From Octopus sinensis (taxonomy: Eukaryota), in assembly GCF_006345805.1 (NCBI RefSeq), contig NC_043005.1, forward strand, positions 47,864,001 to 47,928,000: a stretch of DNA of 64,000 nt. Direction: 5' to 3'. Position 1 is the stretch's first letter, and each line of letters starts with the position of its first letter. A model generated the notes under the pieces. The model was not told where the DNA came from, ran no database searches, and saw only the letters and a program-made list of their open reading frames with translations. This document shows, piece after piece, positions 61,501 through 64,000 of the stretch. The translations under genes were made by a program, and so were the position numbers.

Positions 61501-62469
61501 CATTGAGATTTTGAATTTGTGCAACAAGAAATGACTACCTAGATCAGTAACCTCAACAGAGTCAAATGCACAGGTACTGATGTCATAAATTTGCTGTAAT
61601 ACTATTTTTATCCAAATGTGTTGTTATCAAATGAAAGTAAAATTTTTCTGGCATACTTCTCTTATCCTTTTTGGAAACATGAGAGAATTATTTGGCATAA
61701 GAATGCTTTAAAGAAGGTAACATCATAACATTAAAAAAAAAATGTTATCGAAAAGCAATGTAGGCCAAAATCCTTTTGGCCAAAAGACAAATCTTCAAGA
61801 AAAACTTATTCATAAAAAATACAAATTATTCAGAAAAGAAATTGATTAAAAACTTCAAAGAAAAATAGAATTTTCATCAAAATTTTAATATTTTTCTCAG
61901 AAATAAAAATGCATAAAAATGATACAGTGTTTTCAAAATAACTGAAGAAAGGAAAAAATCGGGGGAGGAAACATAATTGCTTTAATATTTTTTTGAAGTC
62001 CTAGTATTTGGTAATTTATTAGCATATAAATCGTATATATAATATATCATATATATCATATACATATCTATATTATATTGTATATGATATAATATAGATA
62101 TGTATATGATATGATATCTTAAATATATCAAATATATATATATAGATATATATTCTTTTATACTTTTATTTGTTTCAGTCATGTGACTGTGACCATGCTT
62201 GAGCACTGTCTTTAGTTGAACAAATTGACCCAAGGACTTATTCTTTGTAAGCTTAGTACTTATTCTATCAGTCACTTTTGCCAAACAGCTAGTTATGGGG
62301 ATCTAAACACACCAGCATTGGTTGTCAAGCGATGTTGGGGGTACAAACACAGACACACGAACACACACACACATTACTGAGACTCCCTTCGGTCATGACT
62401 GACCATGAGATTGCACATAGAAAGTTACCCTCCCAGGCACAAGTACAGGCAAGGTATTGTGCAACTTTT

Positions 62470-62698
62470 CAAAATTTGATGTAGATACTCTGCTCAACTT
62501 TGTCATGGTCAATGTGATGATCACATGCTACACACTTTCCTTCCAAGCACTGCTGCAAACAACCGAAGTGAGCTCAAATGTTAAAACTTAGTACACATGC
62601 ACAGCAGAGTTCAAGGTCAATCTGTGCATAACAGCTTTACTCTGCATGCTTTAGGTTCATTACTATAGCAACAGTCCTGATACTTATTGCTCGGACCA
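62470..62698 (-). mobile_element. Mariner-type terminal fragment
   Basis: Minus strand GGTCCGAGCAATAAGTATCAGGACTG resembles a mariner TIR. Confidence 0.5.
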
Positions 62699-63652
62699 CA
62701 CACACATATATAAATATATATATATATATATCATCATCATCATCATCATCATCATTTAGCGTCCGTTTTATATATATATATATAACACAAAGGAATTTCA
62801 CACTTTAACCTTTAGAAAAGTCTTGTATATTTTTACTGTTCCACTTATTGGTTGTATTAGTAATGTGTGATTAGTTGGTTGATTTCTTTCTCTGAAAACC
62901 CAAGCTTATCCAGTATTTCACTAAAGCATTTACTCACAAAATCAAGCACATCAATTATTTTTGGTATAAATATGTATATATGTTTGTATGTATGTTTGTA
63001 CGTATATATGCATGTATGTATGCACACATGTACCTATTTGCGTGTGTGTGTGTTGTGTGTGTGTGTGTGCATGAGTGCCTGGTGCAAAAGTAAGCAATAA
63101 ATTTTATAACTATTATCACGTTAATACTAATAAATACCATAAGAAAATAGTTCATGTTAGTGCTTGAATATACAGAAAATGTCACACTCAAAGATATTCT
63201 TAGCTGTCTATTTATCTTCATGGCTTCCAGTCAGAGAAGAACACATTACATAATACAGTCCTTGATACATTATGCCTGAAAGATACATGATAGAAACATA
63301 ACTGTGATATAAGCTTAATAGTAAGTCTACTCAGTCAAGTCTAACCTTGACTAAACAATAACATGTACAGTGTAAATATCTCAATATATCCAATGTACTT
63401 ATCTCAGCTTCTTATTTTTATCCCTTTTGTGTACCAGCATCACTTTCTGATTCAACCCCTAACATTATTCACAGTCAATTCTCTCCAGTTTTAGTTCCAG
63501 CTGTCAAGAATTTTCATGCTTGCCTTCAAGATGTTTTCCGTAACTGAACATCAACGACCTTGACCTCACTCCTATTGAAGTGCCTACTAAAACTCCTTTT
63601 ATGTATTTATATATATGCATGTCTATATGTATATACATACATATATATATAT

Positions 63653-63947
63653 CACTGTGATCACCGTGATCGACCAGGCTATCAGATGTTGTTACACATC
63701 GCTGGTCACAATGTGCTTCGCATTGTTTTAGCCTTCAAGTGATGCCACCCCGCTGGCTAAGTGAGCAGGCCAACAGAAGAAAGAGTGAGAGAAAGTGGCG
63801 AAAGAGTACAGCAGGGATCGCCACCAACCCCTGCCAGAGCTTTAGGTGTTTTCGCTCAATAAACACTCACAACGCCCAGTCTGGGAATCGAAACCGCGAT
63901 CCTATGACCGCGAGTCCGCTGCCCTAACCACTAGACCATTGCGCCTC

Positions 63948-63951
<4 letters not shown>
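63653..63951 (-). mobile_element. SINE family D, young copy
   Basis: TAGTGGAGGCGCAATGGTCTAGTGGTTAGGGCAGCGGACTCGCGG...GGTTTCGATTCCCAGAC; CpGs intact. Confidence 0.85.

Positions 63952-64000
<49 letters not shown>

Noticed and set aside
9108-63951. tRNA genes at SINE heads
   Set aside because: They have A/B boxes but no complete cloverleaf, and they continue into SINE bodies.

Overview
AT-rich, microsatellite-dense animal genomic DNA. The SINE, MITE and microsatellite complement resembles an octopus/coleoid cephalopod (inference from pattern recognition, no database search). The window is mostly intronic or intergenic. I find no intact long gene. Nearly all ORFs in the track are artefacts of (TA)n/(CA)n/(GAT)n/(ATT)n repeats or are decayed transposon pieces: Tc1, mariner, DD37D/maT, RTE, CR1-like, R4/Dong-like, Gypsy gag, a Penelope-type GIY-YIG endonuclease, a Helitron and TTAA MITEs. 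A few short + strand segments may be exons of an unidentified host gene (low confidence). The most striking signal is a set of 12 type I hammerhead ribozyme (HHR) motifs read directly from the sequence, in four unrelated carriers. (1) A (TA)n-flanked tandem array of about 558-bp units at 3283-5885 has one HHR per unit, and a related 0.9-kb foldback at 23908-24820 has an HHR on each strand. (2) A tRNA-headed SINE carries an HHR (three copies). (3) A roughly 120-bp mini-cassette has a canonical GUC-site HHR at 48882-48928. (4) A degenerate HHR sits in a Penelope-like tail at 327-369. Several (TA)n-embedded foldback elements share a terminal motif with the array. Together this looks like a family of ribozyme-processed, Penelope-dependent non-autonomous retroelements (retrozyme-like). 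Many repeat boundaries are approximate (about +/-20 bp); HHR, TSD and inverted-repeat coordinates were counted base by base.
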